DNA of 63,283 bases, counting the filler, from Octopus bimaculoides (taxonomy: Eukaryota), in the NCBI RefSeq assembly GCF_001194135.2. It is 3 parts of 3 records of this genome, joined end to end, with 100 filler letters (N's around TTAATTAATTAA, not from the genome) between each part and the next. Parts side by side here need not be neighbours in the genome. Positions count along the whole stretch, not along the records: positions 1 to 25,158 come from NC_068984.1; 2 more parts are not named here. One strand, 5' to 3'. The notes under the pieces are model-generated. The model searched no databases. It worked only from the letters and a program-made list of their open reading frames with translations, and was not told the origin of the DNA. Both the position numbers and the translations under genes were made by a program. This document shows positions 12,860 to 25,139 of this stretch, in pieces; position 1 is the stretch's first letter; each line of letters opens with the position of its first letter.

Positions 12860-13500
12860 CATATAGAGGATTAGTTGCAGGAACATGTGGAAATGTTCTT
12901 GGATAAAGCTCTAAGCATTGATAAAAATGAACAGGGACTACAATGGATCATTTCTAAAGTCCTTGGCCTGGCACTGTTACTAAGGAGCACTACCAGTTTG
13001 AGATAAACTATACAGGCATGGATGTGCTGTCAGATGGGCTTGTCTGAGATGTGCACAAAATGATGAAACCATTTTGCATGCACTTGTTTAGTATCTCAGC
13101 ATTGCTGACTTGTGGAGTTATATTGAACACCTGCTGTCATATGTGGGACAGATCCATCTACTGTTCGAGTCCATAGTAGTGATTGTTCCACTCCCTTCCA
13201 TTAATTGAGCAGGTAAGGCAGTTTTCTTGTGTCTGATCGCTATGGCAGAAGAGGTTGTCTGGTGGACGAGGTTCAAATGAAGACAGAGACATTTCTATTT
13301 GGTAGACCCCTCATTGACTTCTTAGGTTTCACTTTGAGGTTTTACTTAAAAGGTACTATCCTCAAGTGAATTTATTGAAAGGTGGATGAAAATGGCAAAA
13401 ATGATAAGAGTGGATGGTACTGCTTTAAGTATAGACCTGTGAGTTGAAGAACAGGCAATAGAGGGGACACTTATGTTTGGTGTTCAGAAACATTTTGGAG
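12860..13500 (+). mobile_element. 3' part of an L1/Tx1 LINE (zinc knuckle), probably continuing copy 1
   Basis: KSLAWHCY.GALPV.DKLYRHG...CLRCAQNDETILHALV, a CCHC-type C-terminus. Confidence 0.6.
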
Positions 13501-13693
13501 AATCACATCATTATCACTATTTTTTCTCCTTTTTACTGATGTATACTATGTGTATTTCTTTATTTTTACTATATACCATGTATATCTTTTACATTTTTCT
13601 TATCATTTCAGTCTATGTAAATCCCTACACTTTGTTTTTTCTTTTGTTTTATCCATTTCATTCCTCACCCCTGTGGCAAACAAAAAATCATTT

Positions 13694-13703
13694 CTACTAC
13701 CAT

Positions 13704-13763
<60 letters not shown>
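13694..13763. repeat. (TAC)n microsatellite
   Basis: Direct reading; explains the poly-Y/L/S ORFs. Confidence 0.95.
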
Positions 13764-13765
<2 letters not shown>

Positions 13766-13769
13766 TTTG

Positions 13770-15480
13770 ATTTTATCTCAGATTTTGTTGGAACTTCTGG
13801 AGTCTTGCATGAACAGTGGACTTGCTGCCTGTAGCCTACAATACCATGCAATCTGTTCTTTTCAACTATCTAATACTTTTCTGATTATTTTGGTCATGCT
13901 AAAGAGGCAAACCTTTTGTAACAGTTCTACTGGGCACTCTGTTCTGATTTCTTTATATTCCTCTTGATGCCTTCTGATACTGTCCCCAAGGACCCAACAA
14001 TAATTGGCACTATTTCCACCTTCTTCATTTTCCATAGCCAGGCTATTCTGTACTTAAGAGGGTTGTATTTATCTATTCTTTTGCCTTCCTTCTTGACTAT
14101 TCATGGGTCAAAGGGGCACACAACATCAACTATATAGCACATGTGGTGCATCTTGTCAACCACCACCAAGTTTGGTCTGTTATGCTCTAACACCTGATCT
14201 GTTTGGATTGGGAAATCCCAGAGGATTTTGCAAGTCTCTGACTCTACCACTCTCTGCAGTTTGTGCTCATACCATGCCTTGCCTTTCTCTAGCCCCACTT
14301 TTTGTACAGTTTCAAATGTTGTGCTTTCACTACCTTATCATGTCACCACAGCTTGTAGTAGTTTTGGGTAAGTCTAGGGCATTCGTTCATGATATGAGCA
14401 ATGGTTTCATACACTCTGTTACAGATACAGCACAGCAGAGACACTTGCTTATTCCTAAAGTTGAACTTCCAATTTGTGGCCAAAGCTTGGTCTTGCACTG
14501 CCAGTATAGTGCTCTCAGTCTCTTTTTTTAGTGTTCCTTTCTTCAGCCAATACCACCTATGTTTTCCTGCAATTTCTGTTGTGGTTACATGGAATTGATT
14601 GTGTAGTCCCTTGTTGTGTAATGCTTCTTCATGTCCTTTTTATACATCTTCCTTTGATTTTCCTTTTTACTCTGCTTTCAATACTTGCTCGTTCCTAACT
14701 GACACTAGCAAGATTTCTTTGCTTTGGGATAGGTATCTCATTAAGCTCTCGAGTTCGATATGTATGTCTTTCACACTTATCAGTCCTCTTCCTCCATTTG
14801 CTCGCTTCATGTATAGATGATCAGTATCTGCACATGGATGATGAGCTTCATGCATCGTTATGACTTTTTGTCTTCCAATCCAGCCCCTTTAGCTCCTCCC
14901 CTATCCACTTCAGGATTCCAGTGCCATACCAAACTACTGTGACCGTGCATGAGTTTATTGTCAAAATTATGTTTCTGACATTCAGTTTGAAACCAATATT
15001 TTTCTCACTTGCCTCAGGTACTCTTTCTTTGTCTTTTCTTTCATATCATTGTGTTTAATTCTATCTGCCTCAAGTATTCCCAGGTATTTATAACTGGATT
15101 GAGGTTCAATTGCCTTCATCATTTGGCATACATATGCCTTCTGTCCTAACAAATTTTCCTCATTTCATTGCCATCATAGTACATTTTGAGAGTCCAAACT
15201 CCATCTTAATATCATTCGAGCAAATCTGCACAGACTGAACTAGGCTGTCTAGTTCTGCCTCACTTTTGTGAACAACTTCAAGTCGTCCATGACTAGCGAG
15301 TGGTTTAGTTTTTCTCTTACCTCTTCCCAGATCATACCCCAACTTTGTCTTTTGTAGTATATCACTCAAGAGGATCATTCCCAGCATAAAGATCAGTGAG
15401 GACACACTGTCCCTCTGGAAGATTTCTCACTTGATTTTCACCTCTCCTAATACCTGATTCTGATTTTCAGCTCAGCCTAA
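13770..15480 (-). mobile_element. R4/Dong-like non-LTR retrotransposon remnant (RT plus restriction-like endonuclease)
   Basis: KILWDFPIQTDQVLEHNRPNLVVVDK...IVDVVCPFD (RLE), LYMKRANGGRGLISV, KSEAELDSLVQSVQICSNDIKMEFGLSKC. Confidence 0.8.
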
Positions 15481-15497
15481 TACCTGGTTCATTGTTG

Positions 15498-15503
<6 letters not shown>

Positions 15504-15552
<49 letters not shown>
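15504..15552. repeat. (TTA)n microsatellite
   Basis: Direct reading. Confidence 0.95.
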
Positions 15553-15553
<1 letters not shown>

Positions 15554-15799
15554 TTGTGTTTGGAGCAAGAAGACACTTGTTCATAACCCATAAGTTTTCT
15601 TTAAATTTTGTTGTTTTATTAGTTTGTATCCCAACTTTTGTTGAACTGTTAACTAAATAACCCAGCTTGCTACAAGCAGGGCCAGCTGCAATGACCAAAA
15701 CTCACCCTTTAAGAGTGAATTTTGAGATTTAAAAATTGCAGATTTAATGATTTAAAAACAAAAATATAAATATGGTTTCCCAAATCTGGTGAACTGGAA

Positions 15800-18700
15800 T
15801 GGCTCTTATGACACTGCTTTCCCACCACTAGATGATGTGGTACAGAAATAAAGCAAAGACTGCAGCAGCAGCAGCAGCAACTAAAGCAGCAGTGACAGAA
15901 TCAGCAGCAGCAGTAACAGAAGCAGTAGCAATGAATAAGATATATTTTAAAATGATGCAAGCATGACATCCACCACTGTCCCCAACACCAACATCAACAC
16001 TACCACCATCACCTCTACCACTGCTACCACCACCTCAAACATTAAATAAAACAACAGCAGCAGTTCCTTTTTCTTAGCAGAAAGGGAACGATTTTGCACA
16101 AACCTGTAAGAAGGTGGAGAAAATCAAATTTACAAAAAATGTTGAGCGATGCTAATATTCACTTATCAAAGACTGGCAGAACAGTTTACCTTAACATACC
16201 AGAGAAAGTGTAAAAAGACATTAAGGAAAAGAACATTATAAATTGATGCATATCATTAAAGAGGAGACTGCAGTAAGTAACAGAAGCCCAGGTTGAAAAA
16301 TGCCTGAGACTGGTCTGGGGTTTAAAATCTTATGTTGCCTGTGGGAGAAGCTTTGATACAATTGAGGTAAGATTCTCAACTGAAGAATCAACCAAGGAAA
16401 ATGCTACAACAACCTTCAAAAGTGAAGAATAATGATTGATTCTGACTTAACTCAGGTGAAGGGTTGTCAAAGTATAGGTGGTGAAGCTGCCCCCAGAAGT
16501 GGACATCTCTCTGTTGATAGCAGTTGTATCATATGGTATGGCGGACAAAGTAAAATTCTGTAAGTATACAAAATGGGAAAAGAGAATGGGTCAGGTACAG
16601 GAATGGAACTGTTGTTGCATGCTGATTTGGGCACTGCTGAAAACATCCCTGGCCTGATCAACCTACCTAGTGGAGCACAATTATTTGTAGCCACATTTGT
16701 GGCAAAACAAACCATTTAAAGGCTTTCTGCCCTATTCAAAGAGAAAAAAACCCCTGCTGCTGTAGACTCTCCCAACACAACAACAACAGCAACAAAAACA
16801 ACAGCGCCACCACCAGCAACAACAATGACACAAGCAGCAACATCCAAAACTAAAGCAACAACAGCATCAACAGAAAGAGCAGCAGGGAAAATCCATTCAT
16901 CAACATCAGCAGCAAGCACTGGTAACACATCGAAGGAAAACAAAAATAACACTTTCACCATCACAGCTGAGAGAAGCCTCACCTGCACCAGACCACCAGC
17001 CAAGAAATGCACTCTGTGCAGACATACCCCTTCTCCTCCGACACAGATTTCCCCAATTGTGTAAACTTGTCTAGCAAGGAAAATTATCTTTGAGACCCAC
17101 CAGAATGGATCCTGGTGAAAGGAAAAGAAAGAAATTACAAAATGAAAAGTGTAGTACAAGACTAAAATCAAAGAGGATAGAGGAGGAGACACAAAAACCA
17201 ACAAACCATCACACATCCACACCATCGCAATTACAAACATCTCCAACACTACAAACACCACCAACATTACAAAAAACCTCAGCAAATGAAAACACAAAAC
17301 AATGCAAACCAACAATGTGAACAACATTCCCAAGATATCACAAACGACAAAAACTTAATAAAACATATTCAAAAATACACAGATATTACTCTAAATGAAT
17401 ACCCCACCCCCATGTAACATCTCTATTCACATAAAAATTATTAGAACAATGCAACAAACTTACAACAAACTGAAAGCAAAATACTCCAAAGGAATGGGAA
17501 ACTTTTGTTGGACTATAAATAAAAGGCCCTACAAAGAAATGCTTGTCAAGACCCACAAATAACCAGGACAGACTATCTGTCTCTACACAAAATATAGGGT
17601 AAGTGATTCTCTTCATTCTCCTTCTCTCTGACAGACATAGCCTTGCTCAAAATACACAGTATAAATGCATGTGGCCTTGGGTTGCCATGGAAACAAGGCC
17701 ACATACTCAATGACCTCAAGTCATTAAGTTTAGATGTAGTGGCTATCTGTGAAACCAGACTCTCTGACTGACAGACATTCATGCCCTCTTTTAGTGGATA
17801 CAAGATTTATCTATGATTATGTCAACCAGGATTGTGGGGTGGAACAGTGGTGTTTTTCCAGAGAGGTCTAGATCTGAAAATAAGGACTATCTCCTTGGAC
17901 CCAGAAGGTAAATTGGTGGTCCTGGATGAGAGCAATAGTAAATAGGGTGCCTTTAGACTGGTGGCTGTTTATGCTTTGACAGGGGCATGCCAGCCAGATT
18001 TCTTCAGCCATCCGGAAGTTTTCCTGAGAATATCTCAACCTTTCATACTAATAGAGGATTGGAGTACCATCTTGGATGCATGCTTGGATTGTGTGGGGCT
18101 AGCTGTTAGAAGAGGAAGTGGTGCAAAAACCTTGCAAACCTGCTCAGACGTTTTCAATTGTCTAACAGGTGCTGACTAGATTTCCCTAATGTGCCAGTGT
18201 GGACATAGACAAATGCATCAGGTCATCAAATTTGTATCTAGATAGAGTATTCTGTAGGCTGGTAGATAAGGACAGTATAAGTTGTTCACTTTTTAAAATT
18301 GTCCGCTACACAGACCATAAATTTGTGATCTGCACAGTTTACCTAGATATACTTCATAGGCCTGGTTAGTGGAAGCTGAATGCATCACTCCCAGCATGCC
18401 AAGTTTCAGAGACCAGATTAACGAATTAGTCAAGTCGGCATTAACGGGGTTAATCATCGACAACAGACAGTTTATTGCCCTGAAAAAGGCAATTAGAGTA
18501 GAATCAATTAGGTTTAGAGCATTAGCAATAGAAAAGAACAGAATAGAGGAAAACTTAGAAATTTAGAAGAGACGCTTAGGAAAAGCATCACAACTGACAT
18601 GCTGGCAGCAAGATTGGCTCTGGATCAATTCTTCAACACTAAGTATGAGTTAAGGTGTGTGCTCTAAGAAATATGGGAACAAAAGTCACTTGATGGACTC

Positions 18701-19541
18701 AAATGGAAGATATGCTACATGACAACAAAGCCACAATTCAGTCTTTAGTGGACCAAAATGTGTGCACAGTACTCAAAGCCCAAGCAGATGTATGCGGCAC
18801 TTCAACAGCACTTCACCCAGCTGTTTGGAACAACTGGCAGCCTGGAACACAGGATGGACTTCAGTGCCTACCTCAATGGTACATTACAACTCACAACATA
18901 AGAGCAGAGCATTGTGTAAGGCCAATAACAGCCATGGAAATACGGGATGCACAGCTATGGAGGGTGATGGGCCATGGAAATATGGGTTGCACAAGGAGCA
19001 AATCACCTGCGTTGGATGGTCTTCCCTACAAGTTTTAATTTCATATGCCAGACTTATTTGGTGGCTTTTTAGTAGATATCTACTGCAACTGGTAGTAGAA
19101 TGGAAGAATTCTTAGTTCTGTGAGTTGAGGAGTGGTGGCACTGCTGAGAAAGGACCCAAACAAGGGGTATCAAACAAAAAATTTTAGGCCCATAACACTG
19201 TTGAATGCAGATTTCAAAGTTTTGGCCAAGGTGTTAGCAAAGAAGTTGGTGCTTGTTGAGGAACTGATTGGTGAAGCACAATCCCAAGCAGATCCATCCA
19301 CCTCATGCGATACATCATAGACAGGAGTCCTGATCAATTTACAGCCTTCGATAGAGTTGACTCCCAATACTTGACAGCCATTCTCATGTCAGCCAGCTTT
19401 GGTCCCATTTTCTGTGGCTTGATTGCTGCAATGTACAGTGACATTTATTTGATAATTCAGGTGAATAGTTACCTATCAGAATCATTCAGCATCATGTGCT
19501 TGGTCATTCAAGGTTGCCTCCTCTTGTTTCATTTTGTCCTG
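15800..19541 (+). mobile_element. Degraded L1/Tx1-clade LINE (copy 2): ORF1-like region, APE, RT up to the QGC motif
   Basis: NACGLGLPWKQGHILNDL (17665), SPALDGLPYKF (19005), LLRKDPNKG..KNFRPITLLNADFKVLAKVLA (19140), QGCLLL (19509); collinear with copy 1; 5' limit approximate. Confidence 0.8.
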
Positions 19542-19723
19542 TTCAATGTAAGATGTTAATAAGGCTTCCACTTATCCGAATGTTCCTCAATGTTCTGTGA
19601 ATATATTGTCTTCCTCGGGTACCCACTACATTCATCCTGTAGACCTTCAACTCATATGTAAAATACATGAAATCCAATTGATTAAACCTATCACTCATCT
19701 GGGAATCTTAGTTTGTATTCAAG

Positions 19724-19917
19724 TGAAGTAAAAATGCCCAAACACGTGACGAAAACAGTTGATGATGAGTTCCGTAAAGTAGCTGATTCAATTCTTCATC
19801 GGAGCCAGTCCAATTCTCTCAAAGTATCATCAGCCCCTTTTGAAATACCAGAGTATCCAATTGAAGAGAAAGAACAGAAAACCTACCTAGAACGTCAACT
19901 AAGGGTCAACAAAATAA
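19724..19917 (+). CDS. AMPD2: AMP deaminase N-terminal coding segment (single exon or retro-inserted fragment); 3' end may run into the gap
   Basis: MPKHVTKTVDDEFRKVADSILHRSQSNSLKVSSAPFEIPEYPIEEKEQKTYLERQL resembles recalled vertebrate AMPD2 ([26 protein letters not shown]) and AMPD3 N-termini; possible acceptor AG 19722-23, ATG 19734, possible GT 19918-19. Confidence 0.72.
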
Positions 19918-20673
19918 GTNNNNNNNNNNNNNNNNNNNNNNNNNNNNNNNNNNNNNNNNNNNNNNNNNNNNNNNNNNNNNNNNNNNNNNNNNNNNNNNNN
20001 NNNNNNNNNNNNNNNNNNNNNNNNNNNNNNNNNNNNNNNNNNNNNNNNNNNNNNNNNNNNNNNNNNNNNNNNNNNNNNNNNNNNNNNNNNNNNNNNNNNN
20101 NNNNNNNNNNNNNNNNNNNNNNNNNNNNNNNNNNNNNNNNNNNNNNNNNNNNNNNNNNNNNNNNNNNNNNNNNNNNNNNNNNNNNNNNNNNNNNNNNNNN
20201 NNNNNNNNNNNNNNNNNNNNNNNNNNNNNNNNNNNNNNNNNNNNNNNNNNNNNNNNNNNNNNNNNNNNNNNNNNNNNNNNNNNNNNNNNNNNNNNNNNNN
20301 NNNNNNNNNNNNNNNNNNNNNNNNNNNNNNNNNNNNNNNNNNNNNNNNNNNNNNNNNNNNNNNNNNNNNNNNNNNNNNNNNNNNNNNNNNNNNNNNNNNN
20401 NNNNNNNNNNNNNNNNNNNNNNNNNNNNNNNNNNNNNNNNNNNNNNNNNNNNNNNNNNNNNNNNNNNNNNNNNNNNNNNNNNNNNNNNNNNNNNNNNNNN
20501 NNNNNNNNNNNNNNNNNNNNNNNNNNNNNNNNNNNNNNNNNNNNNNNNNNNNNNNNNNNNNNNNNNNNNNNNNNNNNNNNNNNNNNNNNNNNNNNNNNNN
20601 NNNNNNNNNNNNNNNNNNNNNNNNNNNNNNNNNNNNNNNNNNNNNNNNNNNNNNNNNNNNNNNNNNNNNNNNN

Positions 20674-20908
20674 GGCACATAAAAGACACCATTTCGAGCG
20701 TGGCCGTTTTCGTGCGGGTGACACGTAAAAGCACCCACTACACTCTCTGAGTGGTTGGCGTTAGGAAGGGCATCCAGCTGTAGAAACTCTGCCAAATCAG
20801 ACTGGAGCCTGGTGTTGCCATCCGGTTTCACCAGTCCTCAGTCAAATCGTCCAACCCATGCTAGCATGGAAAGCGGACGTTAAACGATGATGATGATGAT
20901 GATGATGA
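20674..20908 (+). mobile_element. 3' end of a young RTE LINE/partner SINE with (GAT)n tail
   Basis: Two substitutions versus positions 1-226 by eye. Confidence 0.8.
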
Positions 20909-21065
20909 ACTAGCTCTAGAGCTACTACTATGGAAATTGGAGGCATCCCATGTGAACTAGGATGTGGGTCCACCACATCAGCATACACAGATGATGTCAC
21001 TGTCATAGTGTCAAACACCAAGCACATAGGCCTGGTTGGCATTGCTTTGAAGAAATATGAGGCTG
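20909..21065 (+). mobile_element. L1/Tx1 RT fragment resuming copy 2 (YADD-type motif)
   Basis: LALELLLWKL..GIPCELGCGSTTSAYTDDVTVIVS; matches copy 1 at ~7835-7950. Confidence 0.75.
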
Positions 21066-21469
21066 ATAGATACTGGAACTGAGACTTACATAGTCAGCCT
21101 ACAGAAAAGTGCCATCTTCACTCCTTGATTTTCTTCTTTGGATTCCTACCAGGGCTGATAGTCTCTTTCTTTCACTATTTTGTGTCTAATTCTGGCATTG
21201 TAGTAGACTCCTTTCTTCTGTAACATTTTTATCTTCTTCAAAGTAAAATTTGTTTTCATCTTGGCTATTATTTCTTTTTTGAGGTTTCATTGGCCCCTCT
21301 ACCATTCTATGTTCTTGTTCTACTCTTTTTTTTCTTGCTCAATGTAGTCATGTTTACACTCTTTCATTATTAAGAAGATCTCCAGTTTCAAATGCGATAA
21401 TCACTGTCTTTTCACAATTAGATTTTTCTGGTCTAGAAGTCTTTGATAGGGAACATGTCTTTCTCTTTC

Positions 21470-21960
21470 CATATTATTATAACTATTATTATTACTATTG
21501 AGTGAAAGGGTAGTGCATGCCATCAGAGTGGTGATCTCATGGTGATCTCATATCAAGATAAACAGCACATGACCTTGCAGGTGGGGCCCAGTTAGAATTT
21601 TCTTCAGGTTGAGTAGCCCATTCCATTCAAAAGGTCCCTGAATAAGGTTTGTTTAAGGATGATGAACAAAACACCCATGTTTCCAGAGGTGAATTATCCA
21701 AACCCCAAAGAAATCCCCTCAACACATGGCTATGATGTTCCCCCACTACTTCTGCTCAGAGATGCACATATCGTCAGCCACCAAGGGATATGCTCAACTT
21801 ATTAAGATCAAGCAACTGACAAGCAAATCTGTGGTATTGAGCAGAATATGTAGCCCATCTTTTATACCAAGACAAACCATGTACATAACACTTCCAATCA
21901 GTTAAGATCAAAAGCCACGAGAGTCACTGCCTGGTACTGCATCAGAGCATTTATTTTTAT
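21470..21960 (-). mobile_element. Interspersed repeat with (TAT)n tail, probable LINE 3' end
   Basis: Simple-repeat tail at 21470-21500; family not identified. Confidence 0.35.
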
Positions 21961-22099
21961 TATTGGTCTATCTCAACAGCAATATTAGTAACAAGTTGAA
22001 GTTCACTGTTGTTGCTATTAACTGTAAGGAGTCAACGATTTTCTTTGATTCAACAGACATGCAATCAAAGACATTTCATCCATGACCAACTCCAGGTGA

Positions 22100-22800
22100 G
22101 GGTAACACAAGAAATCCTATAAAACAGTAAAAACACTTTTGCAATAAGATAATGGGGATTTCACACCAGCTACAGGACCACACATTTTAGGGTTGAATGT
22201 GTATGGCCTATAATTGATTTGGAAAATAAGTTCACATAATAAATGACTAGGGTTCCCAGTGCATTGGCACTCACAGTACTGAAATATCACATAGATTTTG
22301 TTGTGTTCAGTAGGTTTTGATTGAGTGGAGTGGTAATACAATTTTCAAAAGGCTTAAATCTTAGAGTAAGGATGATCTTTCTGTCGGTGTACATGAGGAG
22401 TAGTCAGTGCATTGACCTGTGGTTGGCAGCTGTTTTTACCTGGATGGAAGCCTGGTAATCAATTGAAATACAGCTTCTAGATAAAAACTTGGTTACTGAA
22501 GGCTTATAATGCCAATTCTAGCACTGAGAGCCACTTTAGCAAGCTAGTTAAGTGAGATTTGACAGATGCCATCATCTATATAGATAAAAGTGAAATTCTA
22601 TCTGTCTGGAACACCTGTATCTCAGTCTACATTTGCTCTACATAGACATATTATACCTTTTGGAATCTGGATGATCCTGGGATTGAAAATCTGACCTTCA
22701 CTTGGTTCTTGAACATCCAGTATTGGGATCTGATGTAAGAGCATTTGGGCTGCCATTTCTAGAAGGTAAGGTGACCGTGACAGGTTTCAAACGGTTTACA
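22100..22800 (-). mobile_element. Highly degraded Gypsy-like RT/RNase H remnant
   Basis: LHQIPI, FIYIDDGI (~22565-22590) and an RNase H-like SANALGTLV in the expected order, with stops. Confidence 0.4.
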
Positions 22801-22849
22801 AGAGTTACATCCCTTGGCTATAAGAATAAATGCAACATTCTGTATTAGA

Positions 22850-23326
22850 AAACTGACCAAAACTTCTTTGAATTTAATACCAAAACTTTGTGACAACTAC
22901 CTCTATTGCTTACAATAATAGAATTAACAAGAGTCAAGTACAATCACTCAAAATTGTTGGACTTCACCTCATGCAGCAGTGCTTTTCCCATGGTCAGCTC
23001 TGTGTTGGTTGTTCCAGAGTTGGAAATGGCAACAATCTCTACATTCTAACACCAAATGGTAAAACCTTGAGGGTGCTTTGCACCCACAGTGGGACAGCAA
23101 ATGTCAAAAAGGTACCATGGAAGCACTGACAGGCACAATGTGTATATTTTAAACAAATTTTCATTAAAAAATTGTTGATATTAGAATGAGTAGAACATTA
23201 TGTTACCAATGAACAGAAACATGACTAAAGATGTATCAAGGTCCAATATAATTTTTTCATATTGCCTTCTAAAGTAATTTCCATAAAAATGTAACATAGT
23301 GGGCACTTGCCCAAGCAAATATCTAA
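22850..23326 (+). mobile_element. Helitron 3' fragment (PIF1-type helicase C-terminus)
   Basis: INKSQVQSLKIVGLHLMQQCFSHGQLCVGCSRVG resembles Helitron TINKSQGQSL...FSHGQLYVACSRV; possible terminal hairpin TGGGCACTTGCCCA (23300-23313) then CTAA (23323-23326). Confidence 0.7.
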
Positions 23327-24146
23327 AAAGAGGTACATGTATCTATTTTTAAGGTTAGTATAAGAAAATTTGACTAATAAAGTACTATGCAAAATTTGTT
23401 TTTATTTGACTAAAATAATCTGATGCTTTTTGTAAAACATAGGGAGGTGATGTTTGTAAAACATCATTTGGTGAAAGTGGGTGCTGAGTAACAAAAGACT
23501 GAAAACTATTGTGCTATGTCATTAATGCTAATTAAAAGTTACATGTCCAATACTATAATACCATAATAATGTAAACTAAATATTCTACTGTTGACTGTGT
23601 CCAGTATTATACTCAATTGCTGATTTCTATACATGCATAGACATGATCCAGGGTGGGGGCTTATACTCATAACATAGTTTTATCTCTTCCAGTTTCATAA
23701 TGAGAGTACACAATGCTGCTATATACCACCACTTTATAAGTAGAAGGATATAACACCATTATGCAGTAACTTGTTTTTGCAGAACTCTACTTCTGTGCAT
23801 TTCCACTTTACAGAAATATGCTGGAAATTCACGTACAATGCAAGAAGATTGACAAGTCTGGCATCCATTGTAATGTTTAGAGAAATAAGTTGTTGCCTAA
23901 ATGAAAACAAAAGTTATTGAAAACTTTCAGTGTTACCTAGTAAAGTGACAACTTGTGATGATTAAAATGAGTTGTTGAGATGAGGGTGGTTTGATTCAAT
24001 GCAGTAGTACTGCATGACATTTAAACTAGGAAAAGAACAAGATCTGTAGTTTATTGAAAGTAATTTCTGGTGCTTATCATGATCAATTGTTTCAATAGTT
24101 TTTGTTAGACTATATCTATAAAATTGGTGTTTCACTTTATTTTCAG

Positions 24147-24394
24147 TAATTTACATAACAATTTCCACTCTACATAAGCTCAAAGAAGAAATGTGCTGAA
24201 AGTATTAAACTGCTATCAATGAGAGACAAAGTAAGACTGTACATGGGATTTTAGTTGAATCTTCAATGTGATTCATAGGGCACCAAGACTTTTAAATACT
24301 AAGAAAAGGATTACCAAATTAATTTGCTCAGACTATCAATTTGTTCCAATTGCAAGAAAAAGAGAACTTTCAAAATGAATTCCCTGAGTTTGAG
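24147..24394 (+). other. Two candidate exons (24147-24230, 24332-24394) separated by a 101-nt GT-AG intron; gene unidentified
   Basis: TTTTCAG|, AAA|GTAAGA, TTTGCTCAG|, GAG|GTAAGT; spliced frame reads MRDK|TINLFQLQEKENFQNEFPEFE. Confidence 0.3.
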
Positions 24395-24868
24395 GTAAGT
24401 GAAATATTGAAAATTTATTATAAAAAGATATCCTAATATCATCACATTTTGATACCATCCAGTTTTTAGTAGATAAAGGGCTCCAACTAGTTTAAGCAGT
24501 TGTATTTTACATTTGACTGTTCAATATAGACTCTGCAGTATACAGAATACCATTAAATAGAATCATGTGAAGTTTATGAAGGATAGATGTAGAAATTTTT
24601 CAATGAAGTGGGAAACTAATCTTTGTATTTACTGGAGGACATATATTGGCTGGAAGTTGCTTCTCTGTGAACCAATCTAGAATGAACTTATGCAGGTATC
24701 AGCAAGCTAGATTCTTTATGGTGGAAATAGGTTATTAAAATTTAGTTTTAGCATGCAGTGAAGACAGTCAAAACTTTTATTAACATGCATGTTTTAAAAT
24801 TTTCAGGTGAATTGCAAGGTAAATTGACTAAAACTACTGGCACAAAAAATACATAATCTCTCTGCAAC

Positions 24869-25139
24869 TGTGGTATGACGTCAGTGTCTGGGGAGGCTGA
24901 CCGGAAGAGGAAAAAGGGCAGAGGGAGCCTCGATCGGGATTCGTGCACTTTTCGAACGGGGTCGTGGTCAGGACAAGACGTGTTAAGCGACGGTCTAGGT
25001 TTGGGAGAAGCAGCTGCTATTCCTGGTGTTCCTTGGGTTGGGGCAAGCTTCAAGGATTGGATACCGCAAGACAGACTCGCAGTCAACGAAAGGAAAACCG
25101 AGGTAAGGCGATTACATCTACTCGCACGCATACACCACA
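24869..25139 (+). mobile_element. Probable 5' LTR of an LTR retrotransposon (271 bp)
   Basis: Termini TGTGGT...ACCACA, CpG-rich, TGACGTCA and CCGGAAG motifs near the 5' end, no matching flanking TSD, contig ends 19 bp later. Confidence 0.6.

Noticed and set aside
13473-13967. ORFs with poly-Y, poly-L or poly-S
   Set aside because: Translation of the (TAC)n microsatellite.
16716-17333. 205-aa hydrophobic minus-strand ORF
   Set aside because: Antisense of ACA/GCA low-complexity DNA inside L1 copy 2.
24159-24230. AESIKLLSMRDK as the AMPD 'ALxIREK' motif
   Set aside because: Weak match, wrong order relative to the EFPEFE candidate, in-frame stops upstream.
24875-25102. ATG-initiated ORF with GAG|GTAAGG donor as a first exon
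   Set aside because: Lies wholly within the probable LTR with no recognisable homology; LTR exonisation not excluded.
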